In this document: in pieces, positions 28,835-40,665 of the stretch
Layout: each line of letters starts with the position of its first letter
Position numbering within the stretch: position 1 is the first letter of the stretch
Assembly: GCA_951406725.2 (NCBI GenBank)
Contig: OX597814.1
Location: 117,180,001 to 117,244,000, forward strand
From: Octopus vulgaris
Lineage: Eukaryota
Direction: 5' to 3'
DNA: 64,000 bases
The notes under the pieces: generated by a model
Database searches by the model: none
What the model was told of the DNA's origin: nothing
The model's input: the letters and a program-made list of their open reading frames with translations, nothing else
Translations under genes and position numbers: made by a program

Positions 28835-30443
28835 TTTGAAAGGAACTTAACTTAAGGTATAAAATAACAACCAAGAAAAATTTGAGAGAATTAAATATAG
28901 AAATCAAAAAAGTTATGGAAAATTACAATTTAACATACAGAACACACCATTTTATACCATGTGAACCCAGGATCAATCTTAAGGACCATAAGAAAAATTT
29001 CTTAGAAAACCCCTCGGTAAGACTCATATGTCCAACTAAGTCGGACATTGGCCGACTTACCAAATCTATCTTGGACAACATTCTACCCCATATAATTCCT
29101 AATCTTCCCTTAAGTCTATGATTTAATACAGATGAAGTAATAGACTGGTTTAAATCTCTAGATAACACTAATAGAATTTCTTTTATCCAATTTGATATTA
29201 ACAATTATTATCCTAATATCCCTACTAAATAAATCGCATATTTTTGCTATGAATCGCTCTCTTATATCTAGAGAAGAAATTGACATAATCCTATTAGCTA
29301 GAAAAACTATCATTGAATTTGAATGGAAATTATGGACTAGGGCGGATACCCCTAATAATTTTGATATACCTATGGGCTCTAGTGATTCAGCTGAGATAAC
29401 GAATTTAGTAGGGGCATAATTATTAAAATGCATAAATAGGGATATCCCTGAGTTACAAGGTGGTCTATATAGGGATGATGCTTTGTTTGTTGTACCTAGC
29501 AATAGTAAATCAAGTATTGAAAAGATAAAAATTAAAATTAATAAATTCTTTAAGGATTTTAACCTAGGTATTACTTACGAACCTGGCACTAAGTTAATTT
29601 CCTAGATGTTACCTTAAACCTTAATTCAAAGCTACATTACTCATTTAGAAAAGAAAGCGAAATCACTAGATATGTAAATAAGTCATCTAATCATTCCCCA
29701 AGTATAATAAAATCATTAGTTAAAAATATTTCCCTAAGAATCTCTAAATTGTCATCTAATAGTGATATATTTAACTCTTACTCTGACCATTACAATACCG
29801 CATTATCCAAGGCGGGATATGATCAAGAAATTACCTTTCTCGATAAGGATAGCTCAAATCTCCCAAACAATGAAGTGAATATAAATAACGTAAACAATAA
29901 TAGCTATCATACCCTACATAAAAATAGATTTATGGAGATGAAAACTCTAGTGTATAAACCAAATTATAAGAATAAAAATATAGACCAGATCATAAACAAA
30001 TTTGAAAATGCCAATCTAGATAAATCAAATAGACATGAAAATATGAGTAAAAAGAATAATAATTCTCGTGCGAATTATGATAACACATCTCCCTCCAACT
30101 CATACTTGAAAAAAAAATATAAAAGAGAAAATATCATTTGGCTAAATGTTCCCTTTAATTGAGTGATCTTGACGAATGTGTACAGTAGATTTAAATCTAT
30201 ACGAGAAAAAACTTCCCAGCCTCCCATAAATATCATAAAATAATTTCTAAGGGATCGGTAAGGATTTCATATTCAACCCTCCCAAACATGTCAACCATAA
30301 TAACTGGACTTAATAGTAAAAATATTAAGTTAGCCAGGAGTAGAATGAATAGTAACAAGGATAGTAATAATAATTGTAATAATAGCATCAACAATAGAAA
30401 TAACAATAATAATAATAATAATAATAATAACAATATTAATAAC

Positions 30444-30517
<74 letters not shown>
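28835..30517 (+). mobile_element. Penelope-like element (Naiad-type), 5'-truncated: RT core, thumb and Asn-rich linker; disabled
   Basis: LKDHKKNFLENPSVRLICPTKSDIG, FIQFDI..YP, FDIPMGSSDSAEITNLVG, GLYRDDAL, NFLDVTLNL, YVNKSSNHSPSI, IIWLNVPFN and ISYSTLPNM, with several stops and frameshifts. Confidence 0.88.
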
Positions 30518-32867
30518 GATCCCCAACTTCTGGTTGAAATATCTAACAGGAATGCACAAAAAGCTGGCTGAAAACTTTAACAACATACTAGCAGAGCCAG
30601 AGACAATGCCTGAATGGCTCACGAAGGGGAAAACGATCTAAATTCCCAAATCAAATGAAACAGAAAAACCAGAAAACTGCAGACCAATAACCTGCCTCCC
30701 TACTATGTTCAAGGCATTTACTGCAGTGATATCGCAAAGGCTGAACAAGCACCTGGACGAAAACAAACTGTTCCCAGAAGAGCAGAAAGGCTGTAAAGAT
30801 CAACTAATGATTAATAAAGCCATAACTGAAGACAGCCACAGAAAGAAGAAAGGCCTCAGTATGGCCTGGATTGACTACAAAAATGGCGTTTGATAGCATC
30901 CCCCACACATGGATCCTCGAAACACTAGCCATTAACAAAGTAGCACCAACAATCATAAAATTCATAGAGCACTCTATGAATAAATGGCAAACAGTCCTAC
31001 ACCTCCAAACAAAAGAGGAACTCATATAAACCAAAGACATCCCCATTAGAAGAGGAATATTCCAGGGAGACACGCTCTCTCCACTCCTTTTCTGCTTGGC
31101 ACTGTCACCTCTATCTGATATACTAAATAGAACTGGATGCGGATATAAATGTTACGGCAAAACGATCAGCCACCTTTTATATATGGATGACCTAAAACTA
31201 TACGCTGCAAATGACAAACAGCTGGAAACACTATTAAAGACAGTTCATGGATTTACCAAAGAAATAGATATGAAATTTGGATTAGAAAAATGCGCCAAAG
31301 TAACCATGAAAAGAGGAAAACTAGTTAAGAGTAACAACATCACACTAGATAAAACCAATGAAATAAAAGAATTAGACCAAAGCCAAACTTACAAATACTT
31401 AGGAATCCATGAACTAGATAAGACACAACACACACAAATGAAAGAGAAAATAAAAAAGAATATTATAGACGAGTTAGATCAATACTAAAAACAGAGCGCA
31501 ATGCTAAAACAAGATAATAGGTATCAACACTTTAGCTGTCCCAGTTATAAGTTACAGCTACAATATCCTTAACTGGACACGAAATGAACTGACCAAAATA
31601 GATAGGATAACAAGAAAAATAATGACAGGATCTAGGATGCATCACCCAAAATCTGACATAGAAATACTATATATACAACGTATAGAAGGTGGTAGAGGCC
31701 TTATACAGCTGGAAAACTACTATAAAATAACCACCATAGGACTGCAAAAATATCTACTTCAGAAGGAAGGAAAACTGATCCAGATAGCGGCAAAACACGA
31801 GCAAAACAAAAAACTGTTCTCAGTATTTAAGGAAGCTGACAAATACAAACAAGAAATCATACCACCTAATAAACATGAAGAAGAAGAAGAAGAAGAAGAA
31901 GAAGAAGAAGAAGAAGAAGAAGAAGATGAAGAAACAACAAAAGCTATAAAACAAATGAAATCCAAACTAAAAATAGAACAGCAACGAACCATGATAAAAC
32001 GATGGCAAGAAAAGCCCCTTCATGGTAAATACTGCACTAAACTAAACGCAAAAGAAATAGGCAAAGAAAAATCCCAGCAATGGTTGAGAAGCTCAGGACT
32101 CAAAGCAGAAACAGAGTGATTTTTAATTGCAGCACAAGACCAAATCCTCCCCACCAGAAATTACCAAAAACATGTAATGAAAAGAAATATTACAAGTAAC
32201 TGCAGAATATGTGGAGATGGACAAGAAACAATAAATCATATTATCTCTAGCTGCCCAGTCCTGGCTAAGAAGGAATATATTCACAGACATGACAGAGTTG
32301 GAACCTACATACATTGGAAGCTATGCCAACATTATGGAATAACAACAGAAAAAAGATGGTATAGGCACACACCAGAAAAGGTCACAGAAAACGAGAAAGC
32401 AACCATACTCTGGGATATGCCGATACACACAGATAGAGAAATTAAGGCCAACAGACCAGATATAGTTGTCAGAGATCATGAAGAAAAAAAATGCTTTCTA
32501 ATTGATGTATCAATACCGGCAGATGACAACGTGTCTCTAAAAGAAATGGAGAAACTCACAAAATACAAAGATCTGGAAATAGAGGTAACTAGAATGTGGA
32601 ATCTGAAAACAGAAACAATTCCTATCATAGTAGGTGCATTAGGCATGATAAAAAAATATTCAGACAAATACATAACAAAAACACCAGGACTTACAAACAC
32701 ATATAACATACAGAAAATTGCACTACTAGGCACTGCACACATCCTACGCAGAACACTTTCCATACAATAACCATCAGAGCATCACAACAAATCACAGCAT
32801 ATACCCAAGACACACAGAGCTGCGCTCGGTAGTAAAGTGAAAGCACGCTATAAAAATAAAACTACTG
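30518..32867 (+). mobile_element. R4/Dong-clade RLE LINE, 5'-truncated, nested in the (AAT)n tract of the Penelope element; disabled
   Basis: KIPNFWLK, RPITCLPT, EQKGC, AWIDYK, RGIFQGDTLSPLLF, HLLYMDDLKLY, CRICG..ETINHIISSC, RPDIVVRD..LIDVSIP, KYKDL and LLGTAHILRRTL* (32770); 3' UTR ends ..ACTACTG(AAT)n; AAT arrays on both sides. Confidence 0.95.
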
Positions 32868-33887
32868 AATAATAATAATAATAATAATATTAATAAAAAT
32901 AATAATAATGGTAATAATAGGGATAATAAAAATAATACTAAAAATGATGATAACAATAATAATAATAACAATAATAACAACATCGATATAAATATAAATA
33001 ATGATAATAGCAATAACAGTAATGTAGGTAGTATAGGTATAAGTATGGTAGATGGGAATGATGGTGAAAATGGATTAATAAATAGTAACCCTATTTTGGA
33101 TATCAATATGACTACTAAAAATGAAAATAATACTAATAATAATAATACTAATAATATTTTAAATAACAGTAATTTGAGGGAACTATCCTTAAATGATTCT
33201 ATATCTGAATATTATCCCCAGTTGTAATTGTAGGATCAGATCAAATTGTCCGGTATCTGGTCGTTGTTCGGTCCAAAACGTAGTTTATAATTGCACTATA
33301 ATAACTTCTAACGGTAGCTTTTTTTTTATCTCGGGTGTTCTGTTGATTTTAAACGACGTCTTAACAACCATTTCTCCTCTTTTCGATTAAATCACAAGGC
33401 AGGTTGCACTACACTATCTAGCAACATTTGGGAACTTAAAACAAATAATGTAGGATACAATCTAAAATGGGACATAGTTAGAAGGGCAAAACCTTATAGA
33501 AATAGTAGAGCAGGCTGTCAACTCTGTTTTATGGAAACCTATGAAATTTTAAAGTATCGAAATAACAAAAATCTACTGAATAACCGTCTAGAGTTAGGAA
33601 AATTCTTGCATACATTCCACAACTAGAAAATGTAAATACCTTAAATAGAAATTTAAGTATTCTTACATTTTCAAATTCTAACTTTTTAATATAATAATAA
33701 TATGAGATATACTATACTAACCTTTAATTTACTTTCATAGTCGACTAGAATAACTTCACTGTAATTTTGAATTTGGATCTTCCCCAAATCTATCCTAATT
33801 TTAAAATTTAATACTATTCCCCCAGTTATAAAATACGATACCTAATATAAATTAGGTGATAGGTTTGTTTCCCTGACCCTTTGTAAT

Positions 33888-34400
33888 AGAATTTAATGAC
33901 CTCTCGACATTGACCTATATTTTTTTTCTCACCATATAAAAAATCTGGCTTTTTGTTCTAGTGACAACCTGAATTCCCTTTATGTATTTTAAATTCTTCC
34001 TTTTTTCTGCAACTAACTTATATCCCTTTTACAGTATTCTATCACCTCCCCTTACCCAAATTCCTATAATTTAAAAAATTCTGATGGCTCTAAGTTGCAA
34101 GTAGGGTTTTGGTCAGTTAGTATCTGAACTACAATCTCATATGTTCCTTAGAATTTAATGATCTTTCTATACTGACCTAATTTTCTTGTCACCACATAGA
34201 TAGATTGACCTTTTGTTCTAGTGACAACTTGAAAATTCTTTTACATATCCTGAATTTCCACCTCTTTTCTGCAACTAACTTGAATTCTTTACCTGCCCTT
34301 ACCCTAATCCTTATAACTGAAGAAATTTTCTTACAGCAGTCAGTTATAAACAAACTTTTGGTCAGTTAACATCTGAACCACACGACCTCATGTTCCTAAG
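33888..34400 (+). repeat. About 260-bp imperfect tandem duplication in the Penelope 3' UTR
   Basis: AGAATTTAATGA..TTTTGTTCTAGTGACAAC..TTTTCTGCAACTAACTT..TTTTGGTCAGTTA..ATCTGAAC occurs twice (starts ~33889 and ~34150). Confidence 0.85.
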
Positions 34401-34490
34401 TTTCATATCTACATCTTTATCTGTATATATACCTTCCCTAAGATGTTATTAATTGATTTGAAAACTTTTATATTATTGTAAAACCTATAT

Positions 34491-34582
34491 AAATTAGCTG
34501 AAGATTACTCAGTATCTTAAATCTGCTGTAATATTTACAGCTTTTAATAAAATGTTGTAGTATGAAACAATTGTACTAAATT
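34491..34582 (+). ncRNA. Minimal type I hammerhead ribozyme of the Penelope pLTR
   Basis: Stem I AAATTAG/CTAAATT (6 of 7 pairs), core CTGAAGA, extended stem II (TACT/AGTA, internal GCTGTAA/TTACAGC), and GAAAC-AATT-GTA with palindromic CAATTG stem III. Predicted cleavage after 34575; U-U mismatch at the base of stem II. Confidence 0.7.
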
Positions 34583-34664
34583 ACCGGATTCATTCTTGTT
34601 GCTTATTTATATTTATATATATATATATACATATATATATAAAATATGAAAAAAAAGTATGATT

Positions 34665-35129
34665 CCTTTGCCCCCCTTTTTTTCTCTCTCTTCTCTCACG
34701 TGACCGCTGGTCAAACAGCCTTTATGCTTCCAACCAACGCCACGAGAACATCGTTGTCTTCGTCTGCCGAAAAAGGCATTTTTTTCCAAATACGCCAGCT
34801 AAACTAAGTTGTACTGTCTATAGTCGTAAGACACCCGCTGTTTTTGTCCTGTTATTACTATTATTGTTTTTTGTATTTATATTCGTGTGGCATCGTCCGT
34901 CTTTCTGTCCTTGTTTCGTATACATTCGATCCTTTTCCCAAGAAATCTAATGCTCGTAGCTTAGTTTTTCCTTGGGGCTGCCCGGATCGGAGCGATCTCA
35001 AGATTAATCAGCCGAAATTGCGAGGTTGATCCGGTTCTTGACTGTAGATTGAAGGCTTCGAATGTCCCGTCCGTGTTTTTTATATCGTCTTCGAAATGTT
35101 TTACGTTCTTGTCCCAGTTTGTATTTTTC

Positions 35130-35135
<6 letters not shown>
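34665..35135. repeat. Unclassified CpG-richer element between (TA)n tracts
   Basis: Composition shifts abruptly between two TA arrays; no coding motif recognised. Confidence 0.35.
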
Positions 35136-35192
<57 letters not shown>

Positions 35193-35357
35193 TAATTATA
35201 TTTATATTATTTGTTATTTATGTATTGGTTTAAGTCTATCACTGTTTGAGTTGCCTAATAGTGGTTTTATCTCTAATTCATATTTTATATATCTATACTG
35301 TGAAATTTGATTTAATACTAAATCTAATTTTCCCTGTAAGTTTGGAGCCATACTCCC

Positions 35358-35402
<45 letters not shown>

Positions 35403-36417
35403 TGGTGGGGCTTTTTTCATTCTTATAATTCTTGTTTTAACTCAATAGAATCGTTATTCCTGGGCACTTTCTTTGCTGAATCGCTTGATTACAGGAACAA
35501 GGCAACATCTATTGTCCCACATTTGAAAAGATATTCCACACAGATAGCTGTGCCTGAGTTTATACATATATATATAGATACAAAAACACATATATCTATA
35601 CACACACAAACGCGTATGCACTTCAATATGTAAGTTCTCTTCAGGGATCCAAGTGAACGAACATAGTAAGTACCCAGCACTTATAAGTCTAGATTATTAT
35701 TATTTTTAACCAAGTGATCATCATTTGCCAATGACGATAGGACTGGCCAGACGTATTTTCATACAACATCATCCTCCAATATTTATGAAGTATCACTACT
35801 TGTACGATTAATTTACGTGTATGGAATTCCGAGTAAAACCGGAGTAGCAAAATTATTCAGGCAAGTGCACAGAAAAGCTAAAACAAAAACAGTATAAGAT
35901 CTACATAGAATATTAAGTGCTCTTCCTTTCGCTTCAACAGATTCTGCAAACGCACAAAGCAGCATACACGCTTTAAGTATAAATATACATGAACACACAC
36001 ATACACATACACAGACAGAATACCATGAACAAATTTCGTTCCGCGCGTTTCTTTATTTGATCTCATTTTCATCGAAACGCAATTTAATCAAAATCCACAC
36101 CATGCTTGCGAGATCGTATTCGGCTTCCATCATTATTTCTTTATTCGAAATCAGCTGATCACGAAAATTGCCTCACTATCTATAGAAGCATGGCAGCGTT
36201 CATTACCAGCATGAATTTCACACATATTTTACTAGAATTTCGGGAGTTATTTTCATTGCCTTTCATATTTATCATGTACAGAAATTGCGCAGTACCTCAT
36301 ATCTCTTATCCTTATCAGTTTTATCCTCCTTTGTACGGCCACACATCGAATACTGCTGCCTCTTGTGGTCTCCCCATACAAAACAAAACATCTCGAGGAT
36401 TGAATCACCCCTGATGG

Positions 36418-36952
36418 CACTCACTAAATGAATTGGAGGCATGACTGATCTTGATTACTTGGACCAGCTTAAAGTCTTGAAACTCTACTCTCTCCAGCGC
36501 CGCCGTGAGCGGTACATAATTTGTATGATGCGGAGAATATACCGTCAGAATTTCCCAAATGACCTGAACATTAGTTTCTAGGCTCATCCAAGGCTGGGAC
36601 CATGGGCCATACGTCCCCTGCCCAAATCTGGATCACAACATATAGGTATACTGCGACATAATTTCTTTTCCTCACCAGACCCTGCCCTGTTTAACATTGT
36701 CCCAACACTGACTAAAGAGGAAAATTATCCTATCACCTTTAAACGGTGTCTGGACAGATTTCTTCAAGGAATACCAGATAAGCCACCCATGCCTGGACAC
36801 AACTCACTCAACAAGAACTCACTACATGAATGGAAAATAAACAAAACCTGAGTTAAAAAGGATTTAGATAATCCTATCAGGTGGTGCTATTAACTTAGAC
36901 ATGGCCTGGACCAATCTTTGGTTGAAACATATCTAAGTTTTATCTAAGTTTT
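36418..36952 (+). mobile_element. CR1-group LINE 3' end with short tandem-repeat terminus
   Basis: GMTDLDYLDQLKVLKLYSLQRRRERYII..PALFNIVP..TFKRCLDRFLQGIPDKP..NSL; 3' UTR ends (ATCTAAGTTTT)x2. Confidence 0.85.
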
Positions 36953-38151
36953 AATTACTCGCCTGTGTGCACATTGGCTAGGTGAGTGTACACAGGCATT
37001 CACAGCAAAACCTTATATATTTGTATGTTTCTGCGTTTATGTAAATATATAAGTATTTGGAGTATTTTATTTTTATTACAAATTACAAACGAGCGTGTGA
37101 ACTGGTACTTGAGGCTGAAAAGTACTGAGTCCAACATTGTATTTTACGGTACCGCTTATTCCAACGAATAAACTGTTTGAATAATGTACGGCCCAGATCT
37201 ACGTTAAATATAGATTCATTCCTTATATAACAAACAAACTCAACTATGCAGCCGTTACACTTACACACACGTATCACACAAATTTTGTTTTCAAACCTTA
37301 TGATATAAATGGTACATTTCTGTTTGTTGCCAAAAAAGACATTAATAGCTACCATGTTTATCTTTTTTTATAAGACATTTGCAATGCTGGAATACCATAT
37401 GAATAGTATCTACAAGTGAATAATAATATTCGATTAGATTTCGATCTAATCCACTACTAGATTTTTGTAATCAGAATAAGTCGAATGCTATTAAACAAAA
37501 TGGCGTGTTGAGTATGCCACATCAAGACAGTTCATTATTTAATACTTGTTGCGAGTTTTAATTATCTCTTGATTATTTAATGCAATTAACTGCTATTGTC
37601 TCTTTTTGTAACTGTCAGCTGTCTTCTTGTTTCTCACTAAAACTTTTGATATTTTCTTTAACTTTGAATAAAACCGAATACCATCAAATCAATTTACTTA
37701 ATGAAAATAATCTGTCATGGAACAAAGTTAGTGGAAAGTCATATTAAATAGCTCCTTATATTTAGCCTCTGTCACTTCACGTTTCTATATGAATTTATTT
37801 GTGTTTCCTTTGCTTTGATCATTTAGGAGACATGAATATATGTATAAGTAGAAATACAATAATAATAGTGAATAGAATATTAAGTTAAAAATAAAAATGC
37901 CTTTCATGGGCCTCGAAGACACATCGGTAAATATAAGTGATAATCTAGCCTCTAAACACAACCATATTTATGGAGGATATGGTTTCGCATCCTATAGTAG
38001 ACTTAGGCCTGGCTTTTACTAATCTAATTTTTTACACGCTACTGGCAATATATTTATCTATTTCGAGGTCCAACATTGAAAACCAATTACGAATTATTCT
38101 TTGTTTCCCGAAATTTCTAAATTCTCACCATACACACACGTATACATACAT

Positions 38152-38258
<107 letters not shown>

Positions 38259-38420
38259 AAAGATTATTTGCCAACATAATGTGCGAGTACTGGTTAGGAC
38301 GAATATTACTGTTATTTAGCCCCAGAGATCATCGTCTGAAACTGGCTATACGATACACTATCTGTGACCCTATATTTCCCGACATGGTTGTTTAGCCTCC
38401 CCACTGAGCAAAAACCAACA

Positions 38421-38466
38421 TCTGCATACCGCGTTTCCTGGGTTATTTCTCTTCGTCAAGACAGAA
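38421..38466 (-). ncRNA. Degenerate minimal hammerhead ribozyme, unit 1
   Basis: Minus strand TCTGT-C-TTGACGA-AGAGAAATAACCCAG-GAAAC-GCG-GTA-TGCAGA. Confidence 0.5.
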
Positions 38467-38742
38467 TAATTGCTAAACTCTTGTTCCAAATACATACTTT
38501 TCAAAGTGACACACAATTACAGATCCAATAAATAGAAAAAATTATTATTTCTGAATTCCTCAATGAGAGACAGTCCATAACAGTACTCTAGAGTAAACAT
38601 TATTTGCCAACATAATGGTTACGATGAATGTTATTGTTATTTATCCCCAGGAAACATCTCCAGCTGGCTATGCAACACACTATCTGTGTCATTATATTTT
38701 CGAATCGGAGAACCTAGCACTCTCACTCAGTACGAAGCAATA

Positions 38743-38787
38743 TCTGTGCATCGCGGTTTCTGAGTCATTTCCTTTCGTCAGCATAGA
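38743..38787 (-). ncRNA. Degenerate minimal hammerhead ribozyme, unit 2
   Basis: Minus strand TCTATG-CTGACGA-AAGGAAATGACTCA-GAAAC-CGCG-ATG-CACAGA; core intact, cleavage triplet mutated. Confidence 0.55.
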
Positions 38788-39206
38788 ATAACTGCTTGCT
38801 TAGAGTACAGTTACTAAGTGTCTCCCGTTAAGAGATTTAGAAATAATTTTTCTATTTATCAGATCAGAGATTTTGTGTCAGTTTGAAAATTATATATTTC
38901 GAACGAGAGTTTAGAAGCGCCATTTCTCGCCATGCAGAAACCGCGGTATGCAGATATTACTTTATGCTGAGTGGTGATGATAAACTCCTTTGTTCTATAA
39001 AGTCACTGTGTGCCATACAGCCAGCTGGGGACAGCATTTTCTGGGGCTAAATTACAGTAATATTCATCCTAACCAGCACTGCCCTATTATGTTTGGCAAA
39101 TAACCTTTACTCTAGAGTACTATTACTAAACGTCACTCGTTGAGAGGTTTGGAAATAAGAATTTGTTACATATCCATATATATATTTATATAGAAATACA
39201 TACATA

Positions 39207-39368
39207 GGCACTGGAGTGACTGTGTAGTAAGTAGCTTGTTTACCAACCACATGGTTCCGGGTTCCGTCCCACTGCGTGCCACCTTAGGCAAGTGTTTCTA
39301 CTATAGCCTCGGGCCGACCAAAGCCTTGTGAGTGGATGTGGTAGACGGAAACTGAATGAAGCCCGTCG

Positions 39369-39400
<32 letters not shown>

Positions 39401-39625
39401 CGTGTATGTTTGTCTGTCTGTGTTCGTCCCCCTAGCATTGCTTGATAACCGATGCTGGTGTGTTTATGTCCCCGACAGTTAGCGGTGCGGCAAAAGAGAC
39501 CGATAGAACAAGTACTGGGCTTACAAAGAATAAGTCCCGGGGTCGACTTGCTCTATTAAAGGCGGTGCTCCAGCATGGCCGCAGTCAAATGACTGAAACA
39601 AATAAAAGAGTAAAAGAGTAAAGAG
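39207..39625 (+). mobile_element. SINE family B, near full length, with internal (TA)n/(TG)n
   Basis: Same head, CORE-like CACCTTAGGCAAGTG and tail as 13738-14164; ends in (TAAAAGAG)-type repeats. Confidence 0.9.
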
Positions 39626-39628
39626 GGA

Positions 39629-39681
<53 letters not shown>

Positions 39682-39699
39682 CTATATAAATATATATGT

Positions 39700-40665
39700 G
39701 ACCGGTCAATTCATCAACGGTAATCTGTTGTTTAATTCATCTCCAGTCAATTCATTGTTAGTGAATTCGTCGAGATCATAGAAAAAATGGAAGAACGAAT
39801 ATCTGAAGTAAAATAACGTCATTTATTTTAAGGCTTGCTGTATTACATATTTATTTTTTCTTAAAATTTAAGATCGTGTGCAAGTGCTATTAGAAAAATA
39901 ATTTAGGGGTTTGGATCATATTTTCCATGACATATTTTATGCGCAGGTTCATATCTCTGAATTTGTTTCTTTTGGCTTGGTTCTTATTGCATGAACTTCT
40001 GCAAATTGGTACTGGCAAACCTTTTCTCACATTCAACATATCCATATGTTTCCAAATATTTGGAAGACTAATATTCTCTGTGTTTTCAGAGCACTGTGAC
40101 AGGCTTCTAAATTATTTGTAGTACGAGCAAACCTCGTCATACATCGATCCCAAACATTCCATATAGATAATGGAAATGGAAGTTCAAAGCGTCGCCTCCT
40201 TTGTCCTCTGCCTCTAGGTGGGCCTATATAATCATTTTCAAAATAGAATAAGGCTGATTCTGGAATACCCTCATCATCTACAAGTTGTTGATAACTTTGT
40301 AGAACTTCATCAACCGGCAGGGAAGCAAGGGTAACAAAACACCGCATTTTAAGACTGAAACTCTCATCTTCGTGATATCTGCATTTTCGTCTTTCTTGCA
40401 CAAAATGCTTGTACACATTTGGTCCTAAATGAAACAAGCTGCATGCCAAATTCGACTCAGAAAACAATTTCAGAAATCTGTTATGGGCTGTAGTTTCAAA
40501 ATCTATAGTTATATTTTCGAGCCACTCAATCTGTAGTAATTCATTTATTTTGGCAAAATGTCTACTATGTGTTTCTTGACTTTTGTCTGAGAATAACCCG
40601 AACAATCGTGGCGCATTAAAATTATCAATGTGAATGTGAAGTATATGGGTCATTCTGAAGGTGGA
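39700..40665 (-). mobile_element. Mutator/MULE DNA transposon, 3' half with terminal repeat; decayed
   Basis: ORF 40033-40668 has TF..(DGTF-equivalent), DKSQET, TIDFE, CSLFHL, LASLP, YFENDYIG..FPLSIWN..RTTNNLEACHSAL. The terminus at ~39700 has reiterated AATTCRTC units. Confidence 0.88.

Larger units (their letters stand above)
32868..34610 (+). mobile_element. Penelope-like element (Naiad-type) 3' part: Asn-rich linker, Cys-rich motif, GIY-YIG endonuclease, 3' UTR/pLTR
   Basis: CNCRIRSNCPVSGRC..NVVYNCTI, a frameshift, then GCSVDFKRRLNNHFSSFR..TTLSSNIWELK..LKWDIV..PY..CQLCFME..LLNNRLE; stop 33624-33626; ends at (TA)n. Confidence 0.88.
38263..39157. repeat. 336-bp unit repeat, tandem then inverted, with hammerhead-like cores (retrozyme/pLTR-like)
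   Basis: ATTATTTGCCAACATAAT recurs at 38263 and 38599. 38801-38914 is the reverse complement of 38472-38590, and 38937-39157 continues the inverted unit. Confidence 0.85.

Noticed and set aside
28835-33626. Selenoprotein-type recoding (UGA at Cys positions), reported for some Naiad PLEs
   Set aside because: The conserved Cys codons in CNC..CP..C and CQLC are TGT. The TGA at 29119 falls at an expected Trp position, and other lesions are TAA or frameshifts, which indicates ordinary decay.
35645-35665. Possible 21-nt micro-exon (TTCTCTTCAG..GTAAGT)
   Set aside because: Splice-like motifs alone are expected by chance in 64 kb, and no neighbouring exons were identified
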